From assembly GCA_964447765.1 (NCBI GenBank), contig CAYUTO010000003.1, positions 8,919 through 72,918 on the forward strand: a stretch of 64,000 nt of DNA, in the 5' to 3' direction. Source of the DNA: an uncultured Gammaproteobacteria bacterium (lineage in GTDB: Bacteria; Patescibacteriota; Patescibacteriia; Magasanikbacterales; UBA922). The position numbers and the translations under genes were made by a program. The notes under the pieces were generated by a model. It saw nothing but the letters and a program-made list of their open reading frames with translations. It ran no database searches and was not told the DNA's origin. The stretch's first letter is position 1. Each line of letters begins with the position of its first letter. Below, piece by piece: positions 50,802-62,222 of this stretch.

Positions 50802-52025
50802 CTACTGCACTTCCCGAATAATCACCTCAACATTATTCGCCACATGAGGCACACTTCGATTCCAGAGAGGCTTGAAGGTCATTTCCACCCCTTCTACATG
50901 TTTCAAAGACATCACATATCGCTTTACTTCATCCTCTGATTTTCCAAAAAATTTATCTTTCTGTAATTCGGCACTATTTTCATCAATATTCACGAGCCCT
51001 CTATGTGACACCATCAATTCTGCAGTACTCGTTGCCACATCATAACTTTCCAAAGAAAAACTTGGAGTGGGTTCCACTGATGAAAGAATTTCACTATTAT
51101 CTACCACGCGTTTATTAAGCATATCTACAGCAAATGCAGTAGCTTTCACCGGATCGTACCAGACACCCACCACTGTTGCCGTGCCTTTGAGTACAAATGA
51201 ATCCACTTCTTCACCTAATTCTTTGACTGGCTCAAAGGTATACTGCACCACTTCATATAACCCAGTCATACTGTCAGGTGCTTCAGTTTTGAGCATATCA
51301 GCCCCTTTGATCTTTATTTCTTCAAGTAATACTTTCTCTGCTTTTGCAATATCATCCTGACCAACGATTCCAAATGTTCGGATTCCCCCACTCATTGCAC
51401 TTTCGCTTTTCGCATAAATCACTTTTTGCTTATTTTCCTGAAGTCCAGGGATAGTGAACGTGGTTTCTGCAATATTTCCAGTTGCACCTGGCACGTCTGC
51501 ATACACACTTGCCTTGATTTGCCCCTTTGCAGGCACCGATACACCTTCTTTCAGTCGGAATAGCACTCCTTCTTTTGATAATACACGGGTTGTTGCAATG
51601 AGCCCCTGAGGAATATCAGTCTCATTGATGAGAGTTACCGTACCTTCAGCAGGCGCATCCTCGGTTTTCGTTCCCTCAGGTGAGAACAGTTTTTCGTGTA
51701 CGATCACTGTCGTCGTTACAAATCCAGGAATCAGTGCGTCTGCATCTTTTGCACTGAGCACTACGGTATCGGTCACTTCGAGTGGTTCTGATTTGGTGAT
51801 AATCGTAATACTTGCACGCTTTGAAGACATGAAAATAATCGTGCCGACCAAAATAAGCGTAACAAACAAAAATCCAAGCGCGATAAATTTATAAAATCGT
51901 ATTGGTTGCTCTGAAGGTAGAGGTGTTGCATCAAGTGGCATAATGACAGGACTTATCCAAGTAAAAAGAAAATACAATATTAATAGTTCAACTGATAGTA
52001 TACACAAAAATACACTATTACTCAA
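50802..52025 (-). CDS. Hypothetical N-terminally anchored protein next to pilB (start possibly at the internal Met, 51941)
   Basis: 407 aa; one TM helix then a ~350-aa soluble domain; 8-nt overlap with pilB. Confidence 0.5.
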   Translation of the reverse strand: MSNSVFLCILSVELLILYFLFTWISPVIMPLDATPLPSEQPIRFYKFIALGFLFVTLILVGTIIFMSSKRASITIITKSEPLEVTDTVVLSAKDADALIPGFVTTTVIVHEKLFSPEGTKTEDAPAEGTVTLINETDIPQGLIATTRVLSKEGVLFRLKEGVSVPAKGQIKASVYADVPGATGNIAETTFTIPGLQENKQKVIYAKSESAMSGGIRTFGIVGQDDIAKAEKVLLEEIKIKGADMLKTEAPDSMTGLYEVVQYTFEPVKELGEEVDSFVLKGTATVVGVWYDPVKATAFAVDMLNKRVVDNSEILSSVEPTPSFSLESYDVATSTAELMVSHRGLVNIDENSAELQKDKFFGKSEDEVKRYVMSLKHVEGVEMTFKPLWNRSVPHVANNVEVIIREVQ

Positions 52026-53796
52026 TTACTCTGAATACTTCACTCAATGTTGTCACCCCTTCAATTGCTTTCAAGACCCCATCTTCAACCATCGTACGCA
52101 TACCCTCGGCACGTGCCACACTCTCAATGTCTTGCTCCCCAACTTGTCCGCCCAAAATAAGTTTTTTTATTTCATCACTCACAATAAAAAGCTCGCAGAT
52201 TCCAATTCGTCCCTTATACCCAATACCACTACATTCACTACACCCCTCTTCCGCGGCCACAAAAAACTCTTCTGCTCCCACAGCCACCTGTTCTCGGTCG
52301 TGAGTATTCATTCCATCAATCACTCCTCGTACTCGCTCTTGGATATGTGGATCCAACGCATCAAATCCCACTTTCTTTCTACATTTCTCACATACTCGTC
52401 GTACCAATCGTTGTCCCATCACACAATTGAGTGCTGGAGCTAACAGATAAGGGGCCACCCCCATTGAAAGAAAACGAGAAATTGCACCAGCAGATGAATT
52501 GGTATGCAAGGTTGAAAGCATCAGATGCCCCGTGAGTGCTGCCTGGACTGCAATCTCACTTGTCTCTTCATCCCGAATTTCTCCGACCATCACAATATCA
52601 GGATCTTGACGAAGAATTGAACGAAGCCCAGCTGCAAACGTATAACCTTTACTATGATCAATTTGACTTTGATTCACCCCTTCGAGACGATACTCTACCG
52701 GATCTTCGAGAGTAATAATTTTTACCCCCGGCTGATTCAAAATTTGTAAAACTGCATACAAGGTCGTCGATTTTCCAGACCCCGTAGGACCGGTAGTTAT
52801 AATCATTCCAGTCGGACGCTCAATCTGCATTTTTAATTTTTCGAGTACACCTGCGGTAAACCCAAGCTGTTCGAGTGTAATTCCACCCTCGCCCTGTACC
52901 AGGAGACGCATCACAATACTTTCTCCAAACACGGTCGGGATTGTAGACACACGTACATCAATATCCCCATCAGGACTTTTGATCGTAAAACGTCCATCTT
53001 GAGGCTTTGAAATAATATTAATTTTCAATGCAGAAAGCAATTTGATGCGTGATAATAATTTTTTATATGCTTCTTTCGTAAGTGTTGCTACATCATGAAG
53101 AATTCCATCCAACCGGAATCGCACTACAATACTTTCTTGTTCTGCTTCCACATGTACGTCTGACGCATGCACTTTCAGCGCAGCACCAAGACTGATTGTA
53201 AGCACATCGGTGGTACTTGCGGTTTCCAAAAGTTCAGCAACTGAATCAAAGTCATCAACTGATGCCTGTACTTTTTTCAACGCTTCGACACTAATTTCTA
53301 TATCTTTAGTAATTGGTTTTATGGTTGGAAGTTTCTCATACAATGAAAGCACACGATCGAGACTCACTTCTGAGATTACATACACCGCTCCAGTCACATG
53401 TTTTTGTGTCTCAATTCTCGTAAGAATACTCTCGACTTCTGGATTATTCGGATCAAGAGCTCCCAAACGTATTTCGTCATTCGTTGCAAAAAAACATACC
53501 ACCCCTGTCGCCTCTACTTCTTCTCGACTAATTTGTTTTAATGCTTCATGAGTAATAGGAAATTTGACCAAATCAATATGGGGCACACCAATACTCGCAG
53601 CAAATCGCATTGCTTTCACCTCAAGTTCTTTTTTCTTAATCTCATCCATTTTTTTAATCAGAGCACCCTTACCCCCCTGATTACCAACAGACGGGAGTTG
53701 TACGTCTCCACCTGTATTCATGAGGTCACTGATTGAAGGTCTGTCTGACATATATTTTTTAGGTGCGTTTGAAACTAGTAATCCATGCGTGCACAC
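52018..53796 (-). CDS. pilB: Type IV pilus assembly ATPase PilB (GspE family)
   Basis: 592 aa; Walker A GPTGSGKSTT, and a tetracysteine motif CEKC...CSECSGIGYKGR. Confidence 0.9.
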   Translation of the reverse strand: MCTHGLLVSNAPKKYMSDRPSISDLMNTGGDVQLPSVGNQGGKGALIKKMDEIKKKELEVKAMRFAASIGVPHIDLVKFPITHEALKQISREEVEATGVVCFFATNDEIRLGALDPNNPEVESILTRIETQKHVTGAVYVISEVSLDRVLSLYEKLPTIKPITKDIEISVEALKKVQASVDDFDSVAELLETASTTDVLTISLGAALKVHASDVHVEAEQESIVVRFRLDGILHDVATLTKEAYKKLLSRIKLLSALKINIISKPQDGRFTIKSPDGDIDVRVSTIPTVFGESIVMRLLVQGEGGITLEQLGFTAGVLEKLKMQIERPTGMIITTGPTGSGKSTTLYAVLQILNQPGVKIITLEDPVEYRLEGVNQSQIDHSKGYTFAAGLRSILRQDPDIVMVGEIRDEETSEIAVQAALTGHLMLSTLHTNSSAGAISRFLSMGVAPYLLAPALNCVMGQRLVRRVCEKCRKKVGFDALDPHIQERVRGVIDGMNTHDREQVAVGAEEFFVAAEEGCSECSGIGYKGRIGICELFIVSDEIKKLILGGQVGEQDIESVARAEGMRTMVEDGVLKAIEGVTTLSEVFRVIE

Positions 53797-54754
53797 GACT
53801 TCGGAGTCCCCATCGGTGCATGATCACAAATAAATATGTCCATGTTGCATTTACAAATACCGTAAATATTGACCCAATAATAAGGGCATACGCGAGAAAA
53901 AGTACGACCGCAATTGAGACTCCAAACTGGGAGACTGCGATATTTCCCGTCAGTGCTCCATACGCGCTCAACGCAAGACTAGGAGCAACAAATACATAGA
54001 GCCCTGCGAGTAGGAGTACAAAAACTACCAAGTTTAAGAGAACCAATACAATTCCTACTTCAAAAGAGACTACCCAATGTTTGATAAGTAATTTCCATGC
54101 ATGCCTTATTGCTCCAAATAAATCTTTTTTCTCAATTACCAGATATCCCACTGCAAAAATCGTGAGGACAGAAACCGTCATTCCTACAATAATAGCCGAA
54201 ATGAAAGAGAGAACAAACACCGCCATAGAGCCTGCTGTTCCAAAAAATAATGCAGCAAATGCACTCGCGGAAACTATGAGAGAAACTGCAAAAATAATGC
54301 ACTTTTTTACAATATTAAGGACAAGAATATGGGACACACTGTGAGCCCCCGCATGCCATGATTCTTCAAATTTTTCCACTGATTTCAAGCCATGCTCCAT
54401 TGAGAGTGCGGTCGCATGCACCATACCACCCTGAGCAATTGAACCAACGACAATAAGCGCAATACCTAGAGCCAAAATCATAACCAATAACCAGGCAAGA
54501 CCCGCCCACGAATCAAAAGTGAAGCCAAGTGTATTGCCGATTTGTTGCAACGTATCAGGTGAAAAGATGTACCAAATTTGTGATCCAAAACTTGCAGTAC
54601 CAGGACTTACCCCTTTTACGACTGCAGTAATTACATCTAGAATACCCAACTGCCCCAAGACCAACGCAAATGCCCCCAATATCCACAATCCTTTGTAGTT
54701 TTTGGTGAGTTTCCAACTCACCTTAAATATATCTCGAAGTGTTGGCTCTTGCAT
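53759..54754 (-). CDS. Polytopic membrane protein of unknown function
   Basis: About 8 TM helices; start set at the internal Met (MQEPTLRD...) to avoid a 38-nt overlap with pilB. Confidence 0.5.
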   Translation of the reverse strand: MQEPTLRDIFKVSWKLTKNYKGLWILGAFALVLGQLGILDVITAVVKGVSPGTASFGSQIWYIFSPDTLQQIGNTLGFTFDSWAGLAWLLVMILALGIALIVVGSIAQGGMVHATALSMEHGLKSVEKFEESWHAGAHSVSHILVLNIVKKCIIFAVSLIVSASAFAALFFGTAGSMAVFVLSFISAIIVGMTVSVLTIFAVGYLVIEKKDLFGAIRHAWKLLIKHWVVSFEVGIVLVLLNLVVFVLLLAGLYVFVAPSLALSAYGALTGNIAVSQFGVSIAVVLFLAYALIIGSIFTVFVNATWTYLFVIMHRWGLRSRVHAWITSFKRT

Positions 54755-54936
54755 AAACAATTGGACATTAAAATATAGTGTACGTAGTATAGCATATTGC
54801 AAAGTCAAAAGGAAAAAGTCAAAACTCAAAAGAAAATACCTGATTTAAAGACTAAAAAAATTATAATCTTCCAATCTTTATAGTAAACAAAAACACCCCG
54901 GTGTATCCAGGATGTTTTTTATATACTTACTTTAAC

Positions 54937-56775
54937 CTAGCTCTTCACACTCTCCCCTACAATCCGTTTAAATTCTTCTTGTTCAACCGTTTCTTTTTCC
55001 ATCAGTTCTTTTACCAAATCATCCATTTGTTTTCGGTGTGTCGTAATCACTGTCTCCGCAACTTTGAGTGCATCGTCGAGTATTCGACTAATCTCTGAAT
55101 CAATTAATTCTGCTGTTTTTTCACTATAATTTTTCTTGTCATGGATTTCTTGCGCCAAGAAAATCATTTCTTCATTTTCACCATATTGGCGAGGTCCGAG
55201 CTTATCACTCATACCATAGCGAAGTACCATTGAACGCGCAGTTGAGGTTGCTTTTTTGAGATCACTCGATGGACCAGTTGAGAGCTGATCATGTCCGTAG
55301 ATCATGCGTTCAGTAACGTATCCACCAAGCATCATTGCAAGTTCATCTTTGAACTTTGCCATCGTACGGTATCGCACATCACTATCTGGCATACTGAGCG
55401 TATATCCACCTGCCATTCCACGACCGATGATCGATACTTTTCGAACTGGATCACAGTTTGGAAGGAAATGTCCGACAATCGCATGACCGGCCTCATGATA
55501 TGCAGTCATTTCACGATCTTTTTGAGTGATTAATCGAGATTTCTTTTCTGGACCCAAAATTACTTTTTCGATACTCTCGAGTACTTCTACTTCACCCGTC
55601 ACTATCTTGTTTCGTCTCACCGTAAGAATAGCTGCTTCGTTCAATAAATTTTCAAGATCAGCTCCAGAAAAACCAGGAGTACGTTCAGCAATCTTTCGAA
55701 GTGAAACAGACCCATCCAATTTTTTGTTTTTTGCATGCACCTTGAGAATCTCTTCACGATCAGAAATGTCTGGTAAATCAATCACGACACGTCGATCAAA
55801 ACGACCGGGGCGAAGTAAGGCAGAATCAAGTACATCAGGTCGATTGGTCGCAGCAACGACGATTACTCCCAGATTTGGATCAAATCCATCCATCTCAACG
55901 AGAATCTGGTTAAGCGTTTGCTCACGCTCATCATGACTACCACCTAGACCTGCTCCACGTTTTCTTCCTACTGCATCAATTTCATCAATAAAGACGATTG
56001 CAGGTGCTGCTTTTTTTGCTTTGTTAAATAAATCTCTTACACGGGATGCTCCCACACCTACAAACATTTCCACAAATTCAGATCCTGAAATATGGAAAAA
56101 TGGTACACCAGCTTCACCGGCAACTGCTTTTGCAAGCAAGGTTTTTCCCGTTCCTGGCGAACCCATCAAGAGTACACCGCGGGGAATTTTTGCTCCCATG
56201 TCGGTAAACTTTTTTGGATCTTTCAGGAAATCAACAACTTCTTCTAATTCTTCTTTTGCTTCTTTTGCACCCGCAACATCTGCAAATGTTTTTCGATTTT
56301 TATCATCTGGTTTTGCTTCCTTGGCTCTACTTTCTCCAAATCCCATGGCGCGATTATTTGCGCCCTGAGCTTGTCTCATGAAAAAGAAAATAACAACCAA
56401 GAAAAGTCCCAGTGGTATGATCCATGGAGCAATAATTCCAACCCAAAATCTCCACCCTGATTCTTCTTTAATTTCTACTGAAATTTTATTTAATTCTTCA
56501 GACGTAACCCCGTATGGAGCAAGTAATTCTCCGAATGATACTCCGGTTTCTCTTTTGATTTCAAGTGGTTTTGCATTTTCATCTTTGAGCTTCACGACCA
56601 AGGTATCACCACGAACTTCTACTACAGACACTGCATCTGCCTTGATCTCGGTTACGAGGCGTGAAATGCTCGCAGACTCAGGCTGTACACCTGAAAAATT
56701 GAACATCGAAACCACGGCCGCGATTACAAATAATGTGGCAAAAACAATAAAAAAATTCTTGAATAATTGCTTCAT
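54937..56775 (-). CDS. ftsH: ATP-dependent zinc metalloprotease FtsH
   Basis: 612 aa; two TM helices, AAA+ GSPGTGKT, and HEAGHAIVG zinc motif. Confidence 0.95.
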   Translation of the reverse strand: MKQLFKNFFIVFATLFVIAAVVSMFNFSGVQPESASISRLVTEIKADAVSVVEVRGDTLVVKLKDENAKPLEIKRETGVSFGELLAPYGVTSEELNKISVEIKEESGWRFWVGIIAPWIIPLGLFLVVIFFFMRQAQGANNRAMGFGESRAKEAKPDDKNRKTFADVAGAKEAKEELEEVVDFLKDPKKFTDMGAKIPRGVLLMGSPGTGKTLLAKAVAGEAGVPFFHISGSEFVEMFVGVGASRVRDLFNKAKKAAPAIVFIDEIDAVGRKRGAGLGGSHDEREQTLNQILVEMDGFDPNLGVIVVAATNRPDVLDSALLRPGRFDRRVVIDLPDISDREEILKVHAKNKKLDGSVSLRKIAERTPGFSGADLENLLNEAAILTVRRNKIVTGEVEVLESIEKVILGPEKKSRLITQKDREMTAYHEAGHAIVGHFLPNCDPVRKVSIIGRGMAGGYTLSMPDSDVRYRTMAKFKDELAMMLGGYVTERMIYGHDQLSTGPSSDLKKATSTARSMVLRYGMSDKLGPRQYGENEEMIFLAQEIHDKKNYSEKTAELIDSEISRILDDALKVAETVITTHRKQMDDLVKELMEKETVEQEEFKRIVGESVKS

Positions 56776-56883
56776 AATGCAGTTTTTTCAATAAGTTGAT
56801 AATAGAGTGAGTATAGGCAAAAATACCGAGGTTGTCAATGGTAAAATCAAAACCCCGTACTTGTGGTACGGGGCTCTTCTACT

Positions 56884-58056
56884 TTACGATGCTTTTTCTT
56901 CAGCTGAGGTTTCTTCTTTTTTCTCCTCAGTCTTTTCCTCTACCTTTTTCTCTTCTTTTTTCTCTTCACGCTTCTTTACTCCTTCAAGTCGGAGTCCGAG
57001 GCGGTGTTCAGCAGGTTCGATAGAGATGATTTCAAAGTTATATGGTTTTCCGATTTCAAACTTGACCAATAATTCTTTTGGATCTGCCACACGCTTCTCT
57101 GAAAGATCAGAGATGTGAGCAAGTCCATGGATTTCATTGTCGAGCTTGACCATGAGACCAAATGATTCAACTTTGTGTACTTCTCCTTTTACTACTTGTC
57201 CGATCGTATATTTCTCTTTTACTGATTTCCATGGATCGTCGACAAGGCGCTTCAGTGAGAGGTATATTTTTGATTTATTGAGGTCGATAATCTGGGCTTT
57301 TACCTTGTCACCCGCTTTCAAAATGTCTTTAGGGTGATCAATTCTCTGCCACACGATTTCTGAGATGTGCACCAATCCTTCCAGTCCTTCGCCAAATTTC
57401 ACGAATGCTCCGAATGGTGTAAGCGCTGATACTTCACCCTCGATCTTGTCTCCTACTTTGTAAGAATCAAGGATGTTTTTCTGTTCTTCTTCCCATACTT
57501 CTTTTTCAGAGAAGATCAACTTTTCATCATCAACATTTGCATCAAGTACTTTTACCTTGATTGTCGTTCCAACAAATTTCTTTAAGTGTTCCAAAATTCT
57601 ATTTTTGTCTCCACCTTGTACACGTGGATAATTATCAGGATTCAATTGAGACACAGGCATAAATCCAGTCAAAGCGTCTGCCTGAAGCATAAGACCACCT
57701 TTGTTTGCTTGGATGATCTTTGCCTTGATAACCGTTCCTTCTTTGACATACTTTGCCATGCGTTCCCAGACGAGTCTGTGTCCGGCTACACGGAATGATA
57801 ATTCCATTTCACCATTTTCATTTTCGTCTTCAACAACGGTTGCCTCTACTTCGTCGCCGATTTTGATATTCGAGAACTCTTTTGATTCACTAAACAATTC
57901 TTCTCCACGCACGACACCAATAATGATGCCATTGATGTCAACTCGGACTTCACCTCGACCAATCGAGATAACGCGTCCTTTGACCAAATCGTTCACTTGA
58001 GGGATCTGGGCAAAATACTCTTTTAATAATTCTTCAAAATTCTGTGTTTGTGACAT
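56884..58056 (-). CDS. rpsA: 30S ribosomal protein S1 with a Lys/Glu-rich C-terminal tail
   Basis: 390 aa; four S1 repeats (G..V.G.V pattern) and a KKEEKKVEEKTEEKKEE tail. Confidence 0.85.
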   Translation of the reverse strand: MSQTQNFEELLKEYFAQIPQVNDLVKGRVISIGRGEVRVDINGIIIGVVRGEELFSESKEFSNIKIGDEVEATVVEDENENGEMELSFRVAGHRLVWERMAKYVKEGTVIKAKIIQANKGGLMLQADALTGFMPVSQLNPDNYPRVQGGDKNRILEHLKKFVGTTIKVKVLDANVDDEKLIFSEKEVWEEEQKNILDSYKVGDKIEGEVSALTPFGAFVKFGEGLEGLVHISEIVWQRIDHPKDILKAGDKVKAQIIDLNKSKIYLSLKRLVDDPWKSVKEKYTIGQVVKGEVHKVESFGLMVKLDNEIHGLAHISDLSEKRVADPKELLVKFEIGKPYNFEIISIEPAEHRLGLRLEGVKKREEKKEEKKVEEKTEEKKEETSAEEKAS

Positions 58057-58185
58057 ATATACTCCTTGTCGTTACACAAGGTCTGATTTAGCCAACTCAT
58101 TATATTGAGTAAGCACCCCCAGGGGCGGGATTGAATAAAGTGGGCGTATCTTAGCACAGGGTTTTGATTTTGACAAGAGGTTCTC

Positions 58186-58280
58186 AGTCGGAAAGTCTAT
58201 AAAGTCATAAAGTCGAAAGTAAATACAAAAATACAGGTGAAATTTGACTTTTAGACTTCATAACTTTCGACTTTTGACTA
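58186..58280. promoter_or_regulatory. Repeat-dense divergent promoter/operator region between rpsA and the MBL-fold gene
   Basis: AAAGTC units (AAAGTCTATAAAGTCATAAAGTCGAAAGT), and an inverted 12-mer pair AAAGTCGAAAGT (58209..58220) / ACTTTCGACTTT (58263..58274) separated by 42 bp. Confidence 0.4.
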
Positions 58281-58341
58281 TACCCTCCTCTTGCTTTCAC
58301 CTATATAATCCCGTATACTGTGGGCATACCTAAACAATATT

Positions 58342-58971
58342 TTGACTATAATTCTTATGCACATTTCCTGGCTTGGAGGTACTTCGATCAAAATTCAGAC
58401 TAAATATGCTGACTCAGACGTTACGGTGTTGATTGATCCTTATAAATACGAAAAAGGCGCTTCCCCTCGAAGTTTAACTGCTGATGTAGTTCTCCTCACC
58501 CGTGGATCTGAGGAGCTTATCACCCTCTCTGGAGAGCCCTTTACCCTTGATACCCCAGGAGAAATCGACTCAAAAGGAGTACTTGTCACTGGTGTCGCAG
58601 GACATACCGAAAACACAACCATGCTTCGAATTGACTGCGAAGGAGTAAGTATGGCACACCTAGGACTCGTCAAAGAACCCCTTACTTCAGACCAGCTCGA
58701 AGTATTATCAGGTGTTGATATCGTTTTTATTCCTGTTGGTAACAACAATGGTTTCAGCATTGAAAACGCAACAAAAACAATTAACAGTCTTGAACCTCGC
58801 ATTATTATTCCTATAGCATTCCAGTCTGATAACGATCCAGACGCTTCATCCCCTGATAGCTTTATCCGAGGACTCGGACTCCAGATGCCTGCTGAGGAAA
58901 AGAAAGTGATTATTAAGAAAAAAGACCTTCCCGAAGAGGAGACGAAGGTAATTTTGTTTGGAAAAGAATAA
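58342..58971 (+). CDS. MBL-fold (Lactamase_B_3-like) putative hydrolase with a degenerate metal site
   Basis: 209 aa; fold-level pattern only; no HxHxDH motif present. Confidence 0.45.
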   Translation: MTIILMHISWLGGTSIKIQTKYADSDVTVLIDPYKYEKGASPRSLTADVVLLTRGSEELITLSGEPFTLDTPGEIDSKGVLVTGVAGHTENTTMLRIDCEGVSMAHLGLVKEPLTSDQLEVLSGVDIVFIPVGNNNGFSIENATKTINSLEPRIIIPIAFQSDNDPDASSPDSFIRGLGLQMPAEEKKVIIKKKDLPEEETKVILFGKE

Positions 58972-59048
58972 ATAGTGATCAGAAATACATCCAACGTTCA
59001 AATTACTAAATTCAAACAAGAAGATTACTCTATTGAAAATTTGAGTAT

Positions 59049-59552
59049 ATGTCCAAAAGTAATATCCACAATTCTCACGATTTTGCACAGGTTGCAAAAG
59101 AAATCCCTACGCTTATTGCGGAGGAAATGAAGAATTTTGGTATTTCAAAACAGGGATTAGGAACATCTTTGAAACAACAAAAGACGTCTCCCGTATACAC
59201 CTCACCGATACGAAGCAAGCGCTGGATGTTTATCGGGGTTGGAGTCTGTCTTCTCACTATTCTCGGATTCTGGTCTATCTATATCACTGATACGATTGCA
59301 CAAAATAAACTTACGCTCAATCCTACAAAAGCTTTCGCTGACTCAGGGCAAAACGATCTCTCCATGATTATCAACACATTTGCCAACATGGAGACGGAAC
59401 TCAAGGGAAATATCAAGAGCCCGAATGAGCTGAAAATGATGGTGGTGCAGGCGCTGATGCCACTCCTTGCTACCAGTAGCACGGCAGCAGACACAACGAC
59501 GAGTACATTAACCACCACCTCATCAATAAGTACGGTAACTACTACACCATAA
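59049..59552 (+). CDS. Hypothetical membrane-anchored protein with a Thr/Ser-rich C-terminus
   Basis: 167 aa; one TM helix; ends in a TTSSISTVTTTP low-complexity tail. Confidence 0.45.
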   Translation: MSKSNIHNSHDFAQVAKEIPTLIAEEMKNFGISKQGLGTSLKQQKTSPVYTSPIRSKRWMFIGVGVCLLTILGFWSIYITDTIAQNKLTLNPTKAFADSGQNDLSMIINTFANMETELKGNIKSPNELKMMVVQALMPLLATSSTAADTTTSTLTTTSSISTVTTTP

Positions 59553-59562
59553 TACAAACTAA

Positions 59563-62097
59563 TTGCATATGATCAAAAAAGATACCAACGATACAAAAGG
59601 ACAGGCCCCACGCGCAATTCAACCTAGTCTGACTGATGGAAAAATTGAAACAATCAATCTGGTTGACGAGATGCGAACCTCCTACCTTGATTATGCGATG
59701 AGTGTCATCGTTGCTCGTGCTCTCCCTGATGTGCGCGATGGTTTCAAACCCGTACATCGACGTATTCTCTACGCCATGTGGGGCATCGGATTGAAGCATA
59801 GTGCTAAGTTCAAAAAATCAGCACACGTGGTCGGAGACGTAATGGGTAAATACCATCCTCATGGAGACTTAGCGATCTACGATTCTTTGGTACGTATGGC
59901 CCAGGAATTCAATATGCGCCACATGCTCGTACATGGACAAGGAAACTTTGGTTCTATGGACGGAGATAGTGCGGCTGCGATGCGTTATACCGAGGTAAAA
60001 CTTCGAGCGCTTGCAGAAGAAATGCTTCTTGATATTGATAAAAATACCGTAGACTTTACTCCTACCTACGACGGAAGTCACAAAGAACCTCGAGTGCTCC
60101 CAAGCAAATTCCCAAACTTACTTTTGAACGGTAGTATGGGTATTGCGGTCGGAATGGCGACAAATATTCCTCCACATAATCTAGGAGAACTTTGCGATGG
60201 AATTTCTGCGCTCATCGCAGACCCTGCAATCACGATCGAACAATTGGTTGAACATATCAAAGGACCTGATTTTCCAACCGGCGGAATCATCTACAACAAA
60301 CAAGACATTCTTGCAGCATATGCGACTGGACGAGGAGGAATCGTGATGCGCGCAAAGACTGATATTGTCGAACTTGCAGGAGACCGATTCAATATTATTG
60401 TCTCTGAAGTTCCCTATCAGGTAAACAAAGCAACTTTGATTGAAAAAATTGCAACACTCGTTCAAGAGAAAAAACTTGAAGGAATCAAAGATTTGCGTGA
60501 TGAATCAAACAAAGATGGAGTTCGTATTGTGATTGAGCTTAAAAAAGATTCATACCCAAAGAAAGTCTTGAACCGTTTGTTCAAGATGACTGAGCTCCAG
60601 ACCACCTTCCACGTAAACATGTTGGCGCTCGTTGATGGAATCCAGCCACGCGTACTTAATTTGAAAACAGTGCTTGAAGAATTTATCAAGCATCGTCAAG
60701 TAATCATTCGACGACGAACTGAATTTGATCTTGAAAAAGCCAAAGATCGCGCACATATTCTTGAAGGTTTGAAAAAAGCGCTTGATAAAATCGATTTGAT
60801 TATTGCAACGATCCGTAAATCAAAAGATAAAGATGAGGCAAAAGTAAACCTCATGGGAAAGTTTGATTTTACCGAGAGACAGACAGTGGCGATCCTCGAA
60901 ATGCGATTGCAGCAGCTGGCGAATCTTGAGAGACAAAAAATCGAAGACGAGCTCAAGGAAAAAATGAAACTTATTGCAGAGCTTGAATCTATTTTGAAGA
61001 GTGCCACCAAAATATTGAATATTATCAAAGATGAAGTTACTGAAATCCGTGAACGATTTGCAGAAGAGCGACGAACCAAAATTATTCAACACGGAATCAA
61101 AGAATTTTCTATTGAAGATTTGGTACCAAACGAACCAACTCTTATCCTCTCGACTGTAGACGGATATATCAAACGTCTTCCTTCTGACACATTCAAACAG
61201 CAGGGTCGTGGTGGCAAAGGAGTGATGGGACTCACTACCAAAGAAGAAGACGTAGTGGATCATATTATTTCAACAAATACACATGATTTCATCCTATTCT
61301 TCACCACACGTGGACGCGTGTTCCAATTGACCGCATACGAAATTCCACAAGGATCTCGTACTGCCAAAGGTCAGGCTCTCGTAAATTTCCTCCAGCTTGC
61401 GCCTAATGAAAAAGTGTCGACTATTCTTTCTATGAGCGACATGACCAAGTATGAATATCTGATCATGTTAACAAACAAAGGAACGATTAAGAAAACTAGA
61501 CTTGATGATTTCAAAAATGTTCGACGATCAGGCCTCATCGCTTTGAAACTCAAAGAAGACGACATGCTTGAATGGGTACGCCCATCAACGGGAAGTAACG
61601 ATGTAATTACCGTGACGAGCCAAGGTCAAGCAATCCGTTTCCAAGAAAAAGAAATTCGCGCCATGGGCCGAACTGCAAGTGGAGTTCGTGCAATCAAACT
61701 CAAATCAAATGATGTGGTTGTCGGAATGGATGTAGTATCTGCTGACCTCGTAAAGAAAAAAGTACTTGAGCTCCTCGTTATTTCTGAAAAAGGAATGGGT
61801 AAACGCACCAGTATTACTGAATATAAAGTACAAGGTCGTGGTGGAAGTGGAATTAAAACTATGGCAATTACGGATAAGACTGGACGCATCATGAGTGCAC
61901 GAGTAGTCAATAATACTGAAACTCAAGATCTCATGATTATCTCAGTGAAAGGACAGGTTATCCGCACTCCAATCAAAACTATCTCAACTCTTGGACGTGC
62001 AACACAAGGAGTACGCATCATGCGATTCAAACAAGAGGGTGACAAAGTTGCAAGTCTTGCAGTACTTGAAGCAGATAAAGAAGATGTAGAAGCGTAA
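59563..62097 (+). CDS. gyrA: DNA gyrase subunit A
   Basis: 844 aa; AAMRYTE active-site Tyr region; QRDR-like HPHGD; C-terminal beta-pinwheel repeats. Confidence 0.95.
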   Translation: MHMIKKDTNDTKGQAPRAIQPSLTDGKIETINLVDEMRTSYLDYAMSVIVARALPDVRDGFKPVHRRILYAMWGIGLKHSAKFKKSAHVVGDVMGKYHPHGDLAIYDSLVRMAQEFNMRHMLVHGQGNFGSMDGDSAAAMRYTEVKLRALAEEMLLDIDKNTVDFTPTYDGSHKEPRVLPSKFPNLLLNGSMGIAVGMATNIPPHNLGELCDGISALIADPAITIEQLVEHIKGPDFPTGGIIYNKQDILAAYATGRGGIVMRAKTDIVELAGDRFNIIVSEVPYQVNKATLIEKIATLVQEKKLEGIKDLRDESNKDGVRIVIELKKDSYPKKVLNRLFKMTELQTTFHVNMLALVDGIQPRVLNLKTVLEEFIKHRQVIIRRRTEFDLEKAKDRAHILEGLKKALDKIDLIIATIRKSKDKDEAKVNLMGKFDFTERQTVAILEMRLQQLANLERQKIEDELKEKMKLIAELESILKSATKILNIIKDEVTEIRERFAEERRTKIIQHGIKEFSIEDLVPNEPTLILSTVDGYIKRLPSDTFKQQGRGGKGVMGLTTKEEDVVDHIISTNTHDFILFFTTRGRVFQLTAYEIPQGSRTAKGQALVNFLQLAPNEKVSTILSMSDMTKYEYLIMLTNKGTIKKTRLDDFKNVRRSGLIALKLKEDDMLEWVRPSTGSNDVITVTSQGQAIRFQEKEIRAMGRTASGVRAIKLKSNDVVVGMDVVSADLVKKKVLELLVISEKGMGKRTSITEYKVQGRGGSGIKTMAITDKTGRIMSARVVNNTETQDLMIISVKGQVIRTPIKTISTLGRATQGVRIMRFKQEGDKVASLAVLEADKEDVEA

Positions 62098-62112
62098 ATT
62101 ACACAAGTAAAT

Positions 62113-62147
62113 TAAAAACACCTCTCCGATTCGGAGAGGTGTTTTTA
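62113..62147 (+). terminator. Intrinsic terminator of gyrA
   Basis: ACACCTCTCCGA-t-TCGGAGAGGTGTTTTT. Confidence 0.75.
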
Positions 62148-62158
62148 GTATTGAGGGA

Positions 62159-62187
62159 TTGACAAAAGCAGACTTCTATGGTAAAAA
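62159..62187 (+). promoter_or_regulatory. Sigma70-like promoter ATTGACAAAA-17-TAAAAA of GC cassette gene 1
   Basis: TTGACA at 62159..62164; SD AAGGAGG at 62209..62215. Confidence 0.4.
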
Positions 62188-62222
62188 CCTTAGCTGCCCA
62201 AACAAACAAAGGAGGTAGTAGC

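Noticed and set aside
62118-62142. gyrA terminator stem shares the 10-mer GGAGAGGTGT with the tRNA-Ser 5' end and its duplicated fragment
   Set aside because: A single 10-mer match across 128 kb of two-strand sequence is within chance expectation; no further tRNA-like extension.
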